A stretch of 64,000 nucleotides of DNA from Eledone cirrhosa. Lineage: Eukaryota. Every line of letters starts with the position of its first letter. The first letter of the stretch is position 1. This document shows, piece by piece, positions 1-12,469 of the stretch. The DNA is taken from assembly GCA_964016885.1 (NCBI GenBank), contig OZ024763.1, positions 14,198,001-14,262,000 on the forward strand, written 5' to 3'. The notes beneath the pieces were generated by a model. That model ran no database searches. It saw nothing but the letters and a program-made list of their open reading frames with translations, and had not been told where the DNA came from. The translations under genes were made by a program, and so were the position numbers.

Positions 1-2097
1 ATGGAGAGAGAGATGGATGTGGAGAGAGGGATGGATGGATGGAGAGGGATGGATGGATGTAGAGAGAGGGATGGATAGAGAGAGAGAGAGAGGGATGGAT
101 AGAGAGAGAGAGATGGATGGATGGAGAGAGAGAGAGAGAGAGGGATGGAAGGATAGAGAGAGTTGGATGGAGAGAGAGAGGGATGGAAGGAGAGAGTGGA
201 TAGAGAGGGAGGGAGGGGTGGATAGAGAGGGAGGGATGGATGGAGAGAGAGAGTTGGATGGATGGAGAGAGAGGGATGGATGGAGAGAGAGAGTGAGGAA
301 TGGAGAGGGAGGGATGGAAGGAGAGAGAGGTGGATAGAGGGGGAGGGATGGATGGAGAGAGGGAGAATGATGAATGGAGAGAGAGGGATGGATGGAGAGA
401 GAGAGAGGGATGGATGGAGAGAGAGAGAGGGATGGATGGAGAGAGAGAGAGAGGGATGGAGAGAGAGAGAGAGAGGGATGGAGAGAGAGAGAGGGGTGAA
501 TAGAGAGAGAGAGAGGGGTGAATAGAGAGAGAGAGAGGGGTGAATAGAGAGAGAGAGAGGGGTGAACAGAGAGAGAGAGGGATGGATGGAAGGCGAGAGA
601 GAGTTGGATGGATAGAGAGAGGGATGGATGGAAGGAGAGAGAGAGTTGGATGGATAGAGAGAGGGATGGATGGATAGAGAGAGGGATGGATGGAGAGAGG
701 GAGAGGGATGGATGGAGAGAGGGAGAGGGATGGATGGATAGAGAGAGGGAGAGGGATGGATGGATAGAGAGAGAATGATGAAGGGAGAGAGGGAGAATGA
801 TGAATGGAGAGAGGGATGGATGGAGACAGGGAGAATGTTGAATGGAGAGAGGGATGGATGGAAGAAGAGAGAGGGATGGATGGAAGGAGAGAGAGATGGA
901 TGGAGAGAGGGAGGAATGGAGAGAGAGATGGATGGAGAGAGGGAGGAATGGAGAGAGAGAGGGATGGAGAGAGAGAGAGAGAGGGATGGATGTAGAGAGG
1001 GATGGAGAGTGAGAGGGATGGATGAAGAGAGAGGGATGGAAGGAGAGAGGGAGAATGATGAATGGAGAGAGGGATGGATGAAGAGAGGGAGAATGATGAA
1101 TGGAGAGAGGGATGGATGGAATGAGTGATGGATGGAGAGAGAGAGATAGAGAGAGGGGGGTGGAGAGAGAGGGGGGTGGAGAGAGAGGGGGGTGGAGAGA
1201 GAGGGGGTGGAGAGAGAGAGAGAGGGGGGTGGAAGGAGAGAGAGGGATGGATGTAGAGAGAGGGAGGGAGGGATGGATGGATGGAAGGAGAGAGAGAGAA
1301 TGATGAATGGAGAGAGATAGAGAGAGAGAGAGATGGATGGAGAGAGTGAGGAATGGAGAGAGAGAGATGGATGGAGAGAGAGGGAGAATGTTGAATGGAG
1401 AGAGAGAGAGAGAGAGAGTGGGATGGATGGAAGGAGAGAGGGATGGATGGAGAGAGAGGGATGGATGGAGAGAGAGAGTTGGATGGATAGAGAGTTGGAT
1501 GGATAGAGAGTTGGATGGAGAGAGAGAGAATGATGGATGGAGAGAGAGATGGATGGATAGAGAGAGAATGATGAATGGAGAGAGAGATGGATGGATAGAG
1601 AGAGAATGATGAATGGAGAGAGGGATGGATGTAGAGAGAGAGAGAGAGTGAGGGGTGGAGAGAGTGAGGGATGGAGAGAGAGAGGGATTGATGGAGAGAG
1701 AGGGATGGATGGATGGTGAGAGAGAGGGATGGAGAGAGGGAGAATGATGAATGGAGAGAGGGATGGATGGAGAGAGAGAGGGATGGATAGAGAGAGAATG
1801 ATGAATGGAGAGAGAGATGGATGGAGAGATGTAGAGAGAGAGAGAGTGAGAGGTGGAGAGAGAGAGAGAGATGGATGGAAGGAGAGAGTGAGTGATGGAG
1901 AGAGAGGGGGATGGAGAGAGTGAGGGATGGATAGAGAAAGAGAGTTGGATGGATAGAGGGAGAGAGAGAGAGATGGATGGAAGGAGAGAGAGAGAGAGAG
2001 AGATGGATGGAAGGAGAGAGAGAGAGAGAGATGGATGGAAGGATAGATGGATGGATGGAGAGAGAGGGATTGATGGAGAGAGAGAGAGAGAGGGATG

Positions 2098-2128
<31 letters not shown>

Positions 2129-3860
2129 AGAGTTGGATGGATAGAGAGAGTTGGATGGATAGAGAGAGAGTTGGATGGATAGAGAGAGTTGGATGGATAG
2201 AGAGAGAGGGATGGATAGAGAGAGAATGATGAATGGAGAGAGGGATGGATGGATAGAGAGAATGATGAATGGAGAGAGAGAGAATGATGGATAGAGGGAT
2301 GGATGGATAGAGGGATGGATGGAGAGAGAGGGATGGAGAGAGGGAGAATGATGAATGGAGAGAGAGAGTGAGGGATGGAGAGAGAAAGAGTTGGATGGAT
2401 GGAAGGAGAGAGAGAAATGGAAGGAGAGAGAGATGGATGGAGAGGGAGAGAGTGAGGGATGGAGAGAGGGAGAGTGAGGGATGGAGAGAGAGGGATGGAT
2501 GGAAGGAGAGAGAGAGAGATGGATGGAAGGATAGAGGGATTGATGGAGAGAGAGGGATTGGTGGAGAGAGAGAGAGGGATGGATGGAAGGAGAGAGAGAA
2601 TGATGAATGGAGAGAGGGATGGATGGAAGGAGAGAGAGAGAGATGGATGGAAGGATAGAGGGATTGATGGAGAGAGAGGGATTGGTGGAGTGAGAGAGAG
2701 GGATGGATGGAAGGAGAGAGAGAATGATGAATGGAGAGAGAGGGATGGATGGAAGGAGAGAGAGAATGATGAATGGAGAGAGAGGGATGGATGGAAGGAG
2801 AGAGGGAGGGATGGATGTAGAGAGGGAGGGATGGAAGGAGAGAGGGAGGGATGGAGAGAGTGAGGAATGGAAGGAGAGGAATGGATGGAGAGAGAGGGAT
2901 GGATGGAAGGAGAGGAATGGATGGAGAGAGAGGGATGGATGGAAGGAGAGAGGGATGGATGGAGAGAGGGATGGAAGGAGAGAGAGGGATGGAAGGATAG
3001 AGAGAGAGAGAGATGGAGATCGAGGAATGGAGAGAGGGATGGATGGATGGAAGGAGAGAGAGGGATGGATGGAAGGAGAGAGAGAGGGATGGATGGAAGG
3101 AGAGAGAGAGGGATGGATGGAAGGAGAGAGAGAGAGATGGATGGAAGGAGAGAGAGAGAGATGGATGGAAGGAGAGAGAGAGAGAGGGAGAGGGATTGAT
3201 GGAGAGAGAGAGGGAGAGGGATGGAGAGAGAGAGAGAGAGGGAGAGGGATGGAGAGGGATGGAAGGAGAGAGAGAGGGAGAGGGATGGAAGGAGAGAATG
3301 ATGAATGGAGAGAGGAAGAATGATGAATGGAGAGAGAAAGAATGATGTAGAGAGAGTTGGATGGATAGAGAGAGGGATGGATGAAGAGAGAGGGATGGAT
3401 GGATGGAGAGAGAGGGATGGAAGGATAGAGAGAGGGAAGGATGGAGAGAGGGATGGATGGAGAGGGATGGAGGGATGGAGAGAGGGAGGGATGGAGGAAG
3501 GAGAGAGGGAGAATGATGAATGGAGAGAGGGATGGATGGAGAGAGAGGGAGAATGTTGAATGGAGAGAGGGATGGATGGAAGGAGAGAGAGAGGGATGGA
3601 TGGAAGGAGAGAGAGAGGGATGGATGGAAGGAGAGAGAGAGAGGGATGGATGGAAGGAGAGAGAGAGGGATGGATGGAAGGAGAGAGAGAGGAATGGAGA
3701 GAGTGAGGGATGGAGAGAGGGAGAGAGAGAGGGATGAATGGAGAGAGGGAGAGAGAGAGGGATGAATGGAGAGAGAGTTGGATGGATAGAGAGAGGGATG
3801 GATGGAAGGAGAGAGGGATGGATGGATAGAGAGAGGGATGGATGGAAGGAGAGAGGGGTG

Positions 3861-3895
<35 letters not shown>

Positions 3896-6800
3896 TGGGA
3901 TGGATGGAAGGAGAGAGGGATGGATGGAGAGAGAGAGTTGGATGGATGGAGAGAGAGAGTTGGATGGATAGAGAGAGAGAGTTGGATGGATAGAGAGAGA
4001 ATGATGGATGGAGAGAGAGATGGATGGATAGAGAGAGAATGATGAATGGAGAGAGGGATGAATGGAGAGAGGGATGGATGGAGAGAGAGAGAGTGAGTGA
4101 TGGAGAAACAGAGTGAGGAATGGATAGAGAAAGAGAGTTAGTGATGGAGAAAGAGTGAGGAATGGATAGAGAAAGAGAGTGAGGAATGGATAGAGAAAGA
4201 GAGTGAGGAATGGATAGAGAAAGAGAGTTGGATGGAGAGAGAGAGAGAGAGAGGGATGGAGAGAGATGGATGTAGAGAGAGAGAGAGGGATGGATAGAGA
4301 GAGAGAGAGGGATGGATGGAAGGAGAGAGGGATGGATGGATGGAAGGAGAGAGGGATGGATGGATGGAAGGAGAGAGGGATGGATGGATAGAGAGAGAAT
4401 GATGAATGGAGAGAGGGATGGATGTAGAGAGAGAGAGAGAGTGAGGGGTGGAGAGAGAGAGGGATTGATGGAGAGAGAGAGGGATGGAGAGAGGGAGAAT
4501 GATGAATGGAGAGAGGGATGGATGGAGAGAGAGAGGGATGGATAGAGAGAGAATGATGAATGGAGAGAGAGATGGATGGAGAGATGTAGAGAGAGAGATG
4601 GATGTAGAGAGAGAGAGAGTGAGTGAGGGGTGGAGAGAGTGAGGGATGGAGAGAGAGAGAGAGAGATGGAGAGAGTGAGGGATGGAGAGAGAGAGAGAGA
4701 GAGGGATTGATGGAGAGAGAGGGATGGATGGATGGAGAGAGGGATGGATGGATGGAGAGAGAGAGGGATGGAGAGAGGGAGAATGATGAATGGAGAGAGG
4801 GATGGATGGAGAGAGAGAGGGATGGATGGAGAGAGTGAGGGATGGAGAGAGAAAGAGTTGGATGGATGGAAGGAGAGAGAAATGGAAGGAGAGAGAGAGA
4901 GATGGATGGAGAGAGTAGAGGGATTGATGGAGAGGGAGAGAGTGAGGGATGGAGAGAGAGGGATGGATGGAAGGAGAGAGAGAGAGATGGATAGAAGGAT
5001 AGAGGGATTGATGGAGAGAGAGAGAGTGAGGGATGGAGAGAGAGGGATGAATGGATGGAGAGAGAGAATGATGAATGGAGAGAGAGGGATGGATGGATGG
5101 AGAGAGAGAATGATGGATGGAGAGAGAGAATGATGAATGGAGAGAGAGAATGATGAATGGAGAGAGGGAGGGATGGGTGGAGAGAGGGATGTAGAGAGGG
5201 AGGGATGGAAGGAGAGAGGGAGGGATGGAGAGAGTGAGGAATGGAAGTGAGGAATGGAAGGAGAGGAATGGATGGAGAGAGAGGGATGGATGGAAGGAGA
5301 GAGGGATGGATGGAGAGAGGGATGGGTGGAGAGAGAGAGAGAGGGATGGATGGAGAGAGGGAGGGATGGATGGAGAGAGGGAGGGAGGGATGGAGAGAGG
5401 GAGGGATGGGTGGAGAGAGAGGGATGGAAGGAGAGAGAGGGATGGAAGGAGAGAGAGAGAGAGAGATGGAGATCGAGGAATGGAGAGAGGGATGGATGGA
5501 TGGAAGGAGAGAGAGGGATGGATGGATGGAAGGAGAGAGAGGGATGGATGGATGGAAGGAGAGAGAGGGATGGATGGAAGGAGAGAGAGGGATGGATGGA
5601 AGGAGAGAGGGATGGAAGGAGAGAGAGGGATGGAAGGAGAGAGATGGAGAGAGAGAGAGACAGAGAGGGAGAGATGGATGGAAGGATAGAGGGATGGATG
5701 GATGGAGAGAGTGAGGAATGGAGAGAGAGAGTGAGGAATGGAGAGAGAGAGGGATGGATAGAGAAAGAGAGAGGGATGGATAGAGAAAGAGAGAGGGATG
5801 GAAGGAGAGAGAGAGAGATGGATGGAAGGAGAGAGAGAGAGATGGATGGAGAGAGAGAGAGATGGATGGAAGGAGAGAGAGAGAGAGGGAGAGGGATGGA
5901 AGGAGAGAGAGAGAGAGAGGGATGGAAGGAGAGAGAGAGGGAGAGGGATGGAAGGAGAGAGAGGGGGAGAGGGATGGAAGGAGAGAGAGAGGGAGAGGGA
6001 TGGAAGGAGAGAATGATGAATGGAGAGAGAAAGAATGATGAATGGAGAGAGAAAGAATGATGTAGAGAGAGTTGGATGGATAGAGAGAGGGGTGGAAGGA
6101 GAGAGGGATGGATGGATGGAGAGAGAGGGATGGAAGGATAGAGAGGGATGGAAGGATAGAGAGAGGGAAGGATGGAGAGAGGGATGGATGGAGAGGGATG
6201 GATGGAGAGGGATGGATGGAGAGAGAGAGAGATGGATGGAGAGAGAGGGAGATGGATGGAGAGAGAGGGATGGATGGAAGGAGAGAGTGAGGGATGGAGG
6301 TATGAATGGAGAGAGAGAGATGGATGGAAGTAGAGAGAGTGAGGGATGGAGAGAGAGTGAGGGATGGAGAGAGAGAGAGGGATGGATGGAAGGAGAGAGG
6401 GATGGATGGAGAGGGGGGGTGGAGAGAGAGGAATGGATGGAGAGAGAGAGAGAGAGATGGGTGGAGAGAGAGAGAGATGGGTGGAGAAAGTGAGGAATGG
6501 AGAGAGAGAGAGGGATGGATGGAGAGAGAGGGATGGATGGAAGGAGAGAGAGGGATGGAGAATGATGAATGGAGAGAGAGAGGGATGGATGGAAGGAGAG
6601 AGGGATGGATGGAGAGGGATGGATGGAGAGAGAGTTGGATGGATAGAGAGAGAGGAATGGAGAGAGAGTTGGATGGATAGAGAGAGAGAGGAATGGAGAG
6701 AGAGGGATGGATAGAGAGAGAGAGGAATGGAGAGAGAGGGATTGATGAAGAGAGAGAGGGATGGAAGGAGAGAGAGAGAGAGATGGAAGGAGAGAGAGAG

Positions 6801-7886
6801 AGAGATGGAAGGAGAGAGAGAGAGAGAGAGAGATGGGTGGAGAGAGAGAGATGGATGGAAGGAGAGAGAGATGGGTGGAGAGAGAGAGAGAGAGAGGGAT
6901 GGATGGAGAGAGTGAGGAATGGAGAGAGAGAGAAAGAGAGTTGGATGGATAGAAAGAGGGATGGATGGAGAGAGAGAGAGAGGGATGGAGAGGGATGGAT
7001 GGAGAGAGGGATGGAGAGAGGGAGAATGATGAATGGAGAGAGAGGGATGGATGGAAGGAGAGAGGGATGGAGAGAGAGAGTGAGGAATGGATAGAGAAAG
7101 AGAGTTGGATGGATAGAGTTGGATGGATAGAGTTGGATGGATAGAGAGAGGGATGGATGAAAGGAGAGAGAGAGATGGAGAGAGGGAGAATGATGAATGG
7201 AGAGAGGGAGAATGATGAATGGAGAGAGGGATGGATGGAGAGAGATGGGAGGATAGAGAGAGGGATGGAGAGTGAGAGGGATGGATGGAAGGAGAGAGGG
7301 ATGGATGGAAGGAGAGAGGGATGGATGGAAGGAGAGAGAGGGATGGAGAGAGAGAGATGGAGGGAGAGAGATGGATGGATGGAGGGAGATGGATGGATGG
7401 ATGGAGAGAGAGAGATGGATGGAGAGAGGGATGGATGGATGGAGAGAGGGATGGATGGATAGAGAGATGGATGGAGAGAGAGAGATGGAGAGAGAGAGAT
7501 GGATGGATGGAGAGAGAGATGGATGGAGAGAGAGATGGATGGAGAGAGAGATGGAGAGAGAGAGAGGGATGGATGGAGAGAGAGAGAGAGAGAGATGGAT
7601 GGAGAGCGAGAGGGATGGGTGGAGAGGGATGGATGGAGAGAGGGATGGATGGAAGGATAGAGAGAGAGAGAGATGGAGAGTGAGGAATGGAGAGAGAGAG
7701 AGGGATGGATGGAGAGAGAGAGAGGGATGGATGGAGAGAGAGAGAGATGGATGGAGAGAGAGAGAGAGAGATGGATGGTTGGATGGAGAGAGTGAGGAAT
7801 GGAGAGAGAGGGAAGGATAGAGAGAGTTGGATGGATGGAGAGAGTTGGATGGATGTAGAGAGAGAGAGGAATGGAGAGAGAGAGAG
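1..7886. repeat. Complex purine-rich (GA)n/GGAT satellite, nearly C-free on + strand; intronic relative to the minus-strand exon at 7912-7984
   Basis: Continuous mosaic of GAGAGA, GGATGGAT, GGAAGG and GAATGATGAATG words. Internal higher-order copies are visible, e.g. gagatcgaggaatgg at ~3016 and ~5469 and aagaatgatgtagagagagttgg at ~3338 and ~6053. Confidence 0.97.
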
Positions 7887-7911
7887 AAATAGAAAAACAT
7901 GTAAGACTTAC

Positions 7912-7984
7912 CTATTTGTGATGTCAAATAAAGTTTAACAGTACTTTTAGATTTTACAATTATAGGAATGACTCGACATGGTAA
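7912..7984 (-). pseudogene. 73-nt exon ([24 protein letters not shown]), phase 0 to 1
   Basis: ttttctatcttgtgtAG|TTACCATGT...CAAATAG|GTAAGT. Only one frame is open, and the exon is identical in the paralog at 31372-31444. Confidence 0.75.
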
Positions 7985-8016
7985 CTACACAAGATAGAAA
8001 ATATACAGAAAGTAAT

Positions 8017-8177
8017 ATAATTGTTTCTACTTTTGGCACAAGTCCAGCAATTACCCAGCGTATTACTGGTAATTTATTTTATCGACCCCGTAAGCATGAA
8101 AGACAGTTAACCTCGGCCGGATTTGAACTCAGAATGGAAAGGGGCGTAATTCTATGCGTCAAAGCATGGCGTCCGAC
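8017..8177 (-). mobile_element. tRNA-derived SINE (abundant octopod-type family)
   Basis: Reverse complement of ...ctgagttcaaatcc..cgaggttaac..tcat..ggggtcgataaaa..taccagt..tagaaacaatt, seen in more than 10 copies in the window. Confidence 0.85.
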
Positions 8178-8723
8178 GGTGTAGTGTGATGATATGTGTG
8201 GTGATGTGTGTGGTGTGGTGTGTAGAAGGTAATGTGCGTTGTGTAGTGTGTAGAGTGTAGAGTATAATGTGTGGTGAGTGATGTGTATGGCGTGGTGTGT
8301 GCACATGGTGTGTGAGTACATATGATGAGTATGTGGTGTGTAACGAGGGTGTGGTGTAATTGTGTGTATGTGTGAGTGTTTAATATGCTGTGTTAATGAG
8401 TGGACTGGAGTAAAAAGAAGTCACACAATCTTTAAAAGACGCTAAATTAACTTGCCCTAATTACTATATATACTCAATTATAAGCCGATCCCTTTTCTAT
8501 TTGAGAAATAGGACAGAATCCAAACCCCATTTATAAGCCATGGTGGCTAATCAACAGACGACAGTTTTGAAATTCTCACGAGTGGAGAATATATTTATGA
8601 AGTTTTAATATTTTGATATTTAAAATGTTTTAAGTGTCATTTCGAGTATAGTTTTTATTTCACTTCTTTATGTAATGAGTTACCATTTTCTGATTGATTT
8701 CAAGGTCATATTCATTAAAAATT

Positions 8724-9360
8724 TCACCTCCAGAGTGAAACTGGTGTAATATATCCACCACCAAAGTGAAACTGGTGTAATATTCCAAAGTGAAACTGGT
8801 GTAATATTCCAAAGTGAAACTGGTGTAATATTCCAAAGTGAAACTGGTGTAATATTCCAAAGTGAAACTGGTGTAATATTCCAAAGTGAAACTGGTGTAA
8901 TATTCCAAAGTGAAACTGGTGTAATATTCCAAAGTAAAACTGGTGTAATATTCCAAAGTGAAACTGGTGTAATATTCCAAAATGAAACTGGTGTAATATA
9001 TTCACCTGCAAAGTGAAACTGGTGTAATATTCCAAAGTGAAACTGGTGTAATATTCCAAAGTGAAACTGGTGTAATATATCCACCACCAAAGTGAGACTG
9101 GTGTAAAATATTCACCTGCAAAGTGAAACTGGTGTAATATTCCAAAGTGAAACTGGTGTAATATTCCAAAGTGAAACTGGTGTAATATTCCAAAGTGAAA
9201 CTGGTGTAATATTCACCTCCAAAGTGAAACTGGTGTAATATTCCAAAGTGAAACTGGTGTAATATTCACCTCCAAAGTGAAACTGGTGTAATATTCCAAA
9301 GTGAAACTGGTCTAATATTCACCTCCAAAGTCAAACTGGTGCAACATTCATCTCCAAAGC
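8724..9360. repeat. 24-bp minisatellite (ccaaagtgaaactggtgtaatatt)n with interspersed longer variants
   Basis: Direct tandem units that give 8-aa periodic pseudo-ORFs. The paralogous array at 32228-32570 is shorter. Confidence 0.95.
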
Positions 9361-9739
9361 GAAAATACTTTAGCACCTCATTTACATATAATTTTTAAGT
9401 TGGTGAAATCAAAATATTGACCTCGAAGACAAGTCCTCCCCCCTATTTTACCATCAATATTTTGTCACATTTCTCGACATATATACAAGTATATACAATA
9501 TTTACTTTACATAAATAGCAAATCTTTTGATAATTTATGTAAACAGAATTATCCGAAACTAAATCTAATAAAATTTCTTTTAATTAAATTTAAGAAAAAA
9601 AATATAGTTTGAAAGAAAACTAGAGATCACTGCTCCGACCAAGGTGTAGGGGTCACTGATTTTGACCAAGGTGTAGGGGTCACGACATACAAAATAAACA
9701 GTACTCACTGTAAATGAGGTTAGCATTTGGAAAGGCTAA

Positions 9740-9852
9740 AGCGAAGCCAAGATCCGTTCTGTATGAGCAAGACATGGTCACCTGACCTGGCATTGCCCAC
9801 AATAGGACAACTCGTCTAACCCATGCTAGCGTAGAAAAATGGACATTAAATG

Positions 9853-9858
<6 letters not shown>
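9740..9858 (+). mobile_element. 3' end of an RTE-type LINE or LINE-derived repeat
   Basis: aacccatgctagcgtagaaaaatggacattaaatggtgat runs into (TA)n. The same tail occurs in reverse at 49222-49270, ending in (GAT)n. Confidence 0.55.
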
Positions 9859-9916
<58 letters not shown>

Positions 9917-10032
9917 TAGATAGATGTGTGTGTGTGTGTGTGTGAGAGTCTCGGGTTCAATCGAGGGGAAAACCACAGTAGGTAAAGTACTCAATACATT
10001 AGTAGAGTATATACAAAATATAATATAGAAAT

Positions 10033-10085
10033 AGCTTCTACAGGACTAGAAATATTTCATTCGAAGGAAATCATCAGGAAAGCCC
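10033..10085 (-). ncRNA. Minimal type-I hammerhead ribozyme motif (family 1), followed by a partial inverted copy
   Basis: Minus strand reads ggctttc-CTGATGA-tttccttcgaat-GAAA-tatttctagtcct-GTA-gaagc. An inverted partial copy lies at 10088-10130. Confidence 0.6.
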
Positions 10086-10194
10086 CAATTTCCTTGAAAT
10101 GAAAGTTCTAGTCCTGTAGAAGTCATTTCTATATCATTCTGTTGACAAAGGGTTTCTCCCTACGAACGAAAGGCCAGTTGTATGATGCCTGTGA

Positions 10195-10565
10195 CGGCTG
10201 GAGAGAAATGAATCAAGCATGCTCCGTTGGATGTGCAATGTCAATGTGTGTGAACGACCAAGTATAGACGAGTTGAAAAAGAAACTAGGTTTAAGAGGGA
10301 TAAGTTGTGGTGTGCAGGAGAGAAGACTGCGATGGTATGGACATGTGATGCGCATGGAGGATGACCGCTGGGTAAAGAAGTGCCAAGAAATCCCAGTAGA
10401 AGGAAGATGCAGTAGTGGAAGACCACGAAAATCATGGGCGGAAGTGGTGAGAGCTGACCTCAGATCGCTGAAACTCACAGATGACAAAGGACAGTGACGA
10501 TGGAGACATGCTGTGCTGAATAGGACCCGTCCCACCCTTGCAAGCAGGAAAACTCAGACGTATGA
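10195..10565 (+). mobile_element. RTE-clade LINE ORF C-terminal fragment
   Basis: RLERNESSMLRWMCNV...RRLRWYGHVMRM...EGRCSSGRPRKSW carries the RLRWxGHVxRM and GRPRKxW motifs. The paralog is at 32961-33305. Confidence 0.85.
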
Positions 10566-10652
10566 AAAGATAAATATATATATATATATGAGAATCAAAT
10601 ATACTACTTGTCCAATATACTAATATGTATAGATAATATAGATATAACAAAC

Positions 10653-10796
10653 CTGTTGGTATAAACATCAACACTGGTAGACTCCTTCAGTACAGGAGAC
10701 GGGCAGATGATACTCCTGGCTTGTGTTTGATCAATAGCATCACTCCTTCCCTTTGGCACATAAATTTCTATTTGGTGGGTGACCAGTTGTTTCCTC
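10653..10796 (-). pseudogene. 144-nt symmetric phase-2 exon (RKQLVTHQIEIYVPKGRSDAIDQTQARSIICPSPVLKESTSVDVYTN)
   Basis: tttcttacgcAG|GAGGAAAC...ACCAACAG|GTttgt. Single open frame, same sequence at 33401-33544. Confidence 0.75.
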
Positions 10797-11007
10797 CTGC
10801 GTAAGAAAGACATACCACCAGGGGTCAGAAGGTTAATTTATGAGTTTTATTTATTTAGTTTATGTATCATATACAGGGTGTCCCCCCAAAATATATACAC
10901 GCTTCAACAATATTCTAATAAATATGTGTATGCATTTTTGGGAGGTCACCCTGTTTTTGTGGTGGAAGGTTATTGTGGCTGAGGGAAGGAAGGGAGGGGG
11001 GAGAATG

Positions 11008-11049
<42 letters not shown>

Positions 11050-11130
11050 CCCCAACTCTTGTAGGAGTCGGGGCGCCATAGAGATGTAGAGTGTGCCTTG
11101 GGCATTTATAAAGCTGGTGGAGCCCATCTC

Positions 11131-11182
<52 letters not shown>

Positions 11183-12011
11183 ACATACGCATGTTTAACC
11201 CTTTAGCATTTAAACCGGCCATATCTGGCCAGAATTCTCTCACCTCTTTCTGTTCAAACCGACCGTAACTAGCCACACATACTGATGTTAAGGTATTGTT
11301 TTCAAAGTAAATAATATCATCATCAAAATCTCAGATTCGATGTGAATAATTATGTGAGATCAAGTCTTTACTGTGAAAATACAATAGTAGATATAGAATA
11401 ATGTGAATGCTAAAGGGTTAAATACACAAACACACACACAAACATACATATACACAGCCTTAATATAAACCAACAATACTTATACTTACCATAGATATAC
11501 AGTGTTGTTTACCATCTCCGGTCAGTTTAAACTGGAGATGGTAGACAGCCAGACCAATCTCAGAGATAATATTAAACGTTTATGTTGACAGAGGGCAAAT
11601 GGGTGGGTATTGGTGTGGTCAGCCAGAACAATGACGTCCCCTTCTTCTGTAAGGTTGCCAGGAGGGGACTGGGTCACTACAAAATTAAAACTATTTGTTA
11701 TATGAACAGTGTGTGTTGAGTAGGGGGTTAAATTGTTGTGTGGGGGTTAATTTAGAGAATATAGGGTTAACATCAACAATGTGGAGGTAATCGCTAACAT
11801 GAAGAGTGTGGTGTGTGGGGGCGGGGGTAAACATGGCGAGAGTGTGTGGGGGGGGGACAAACATGGAGAGAGTGGGGGGCTAACATGGAGAGAGTGGGGG
11901 GCTAACATGGAGAGAGTGTGGGGGCTTTTGAACAGGAGGGGTTATCAGTATGCGTGTAGTTGTAGAAGGGTAATGCGCGCGTGCGTGTAGAGAGAGAGAG
12001 AGAGAGAGAGA

Positions 12012-12232
12012 GGCACGTGGCCTAGTGGTAAGTGTTGGACTTTCAATCATAACATCGTGGGTTCGATTCCTGGGTTCTGTGATGTGTTCTTGAGCAAAAC
12101 ACTTCATTTCACGTTGCTCCAGTAAACTCAGCTGAAAATGAGTACCAGCAATAGATGGGGGCTTTAACCCTGCGATGGACTAGCGCCCTATCCAGGGTGG
12201 AGTCTTGTACTCTCAGTCGCTTCACGCCATAA
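12012..12232 (+). mobile_element. Second tRNA-derived SINE family
   Basis: A-box tggcctagtggt and B-box ggttcgattcc, then tgtgttcttgagcaaaacactt and cctgcgatggact..tccaggg. Paralog at 34385-34605, fragments near 59705-59780 and 60520-60600. Confidence 0.85.
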
Positions 12233-12469
12233 TGCATGGAGAATCAAAGTAGTCTAACTACAGAGGTACAACGTCAAACTACTCTAGCCCATTACTATAA
12301 AAAGTTATTTCAAAAATCAATAGATGATAAATAGAAAAAGAGAAATGGGGAATACATATACATACATAATATATATATATATATATAAAAGTGAGTTTTA
12401 TTATTTCTGGAAATATAATAATATCCCCCACCCCTATATATATATATATAAATAAATATATATAGGGGT

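Larger units (their letters stand above)
7912..11676 (-). pseudogene. Multi-exon fragment of an unidentified protein-coding gene, copy A (exons 11490-11676, 11050-11129, 10653-10796, truncated 9709-9737, 7912-7984)
   Basis: AG/GT splice sites on the minus strand. Intron phases are compatible when copy B is used for the small exons: ...INAQGTLYISMAPRLLQELG|RKQLVTHQIEIYVPKGRSDAIDQTQARSIICPSPVLKESTSVDVYTNS|WKPFQMLTSFT|[24 protein letters not shown]. Copy A lost the acceptor of the 34-nt exon, has one extra G in the 80-nt exon, and its 187-nt exon has no fully open frame. Confidence 0.7.

Noticed and set aside
17-7938. Dozens of overlapping R/E/G/W/M/D-rich ORFs
   Set aside because: They are translations of the GA/GGAT satellite in all frames, with no coding signal.
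8724-9360. CRISPR-like appearance of the 24-bp repeats with short variable inserts
   Set aside because: There are no unique spacers and no cas genes, and the context is eukaryotic. It is a minisatellite.
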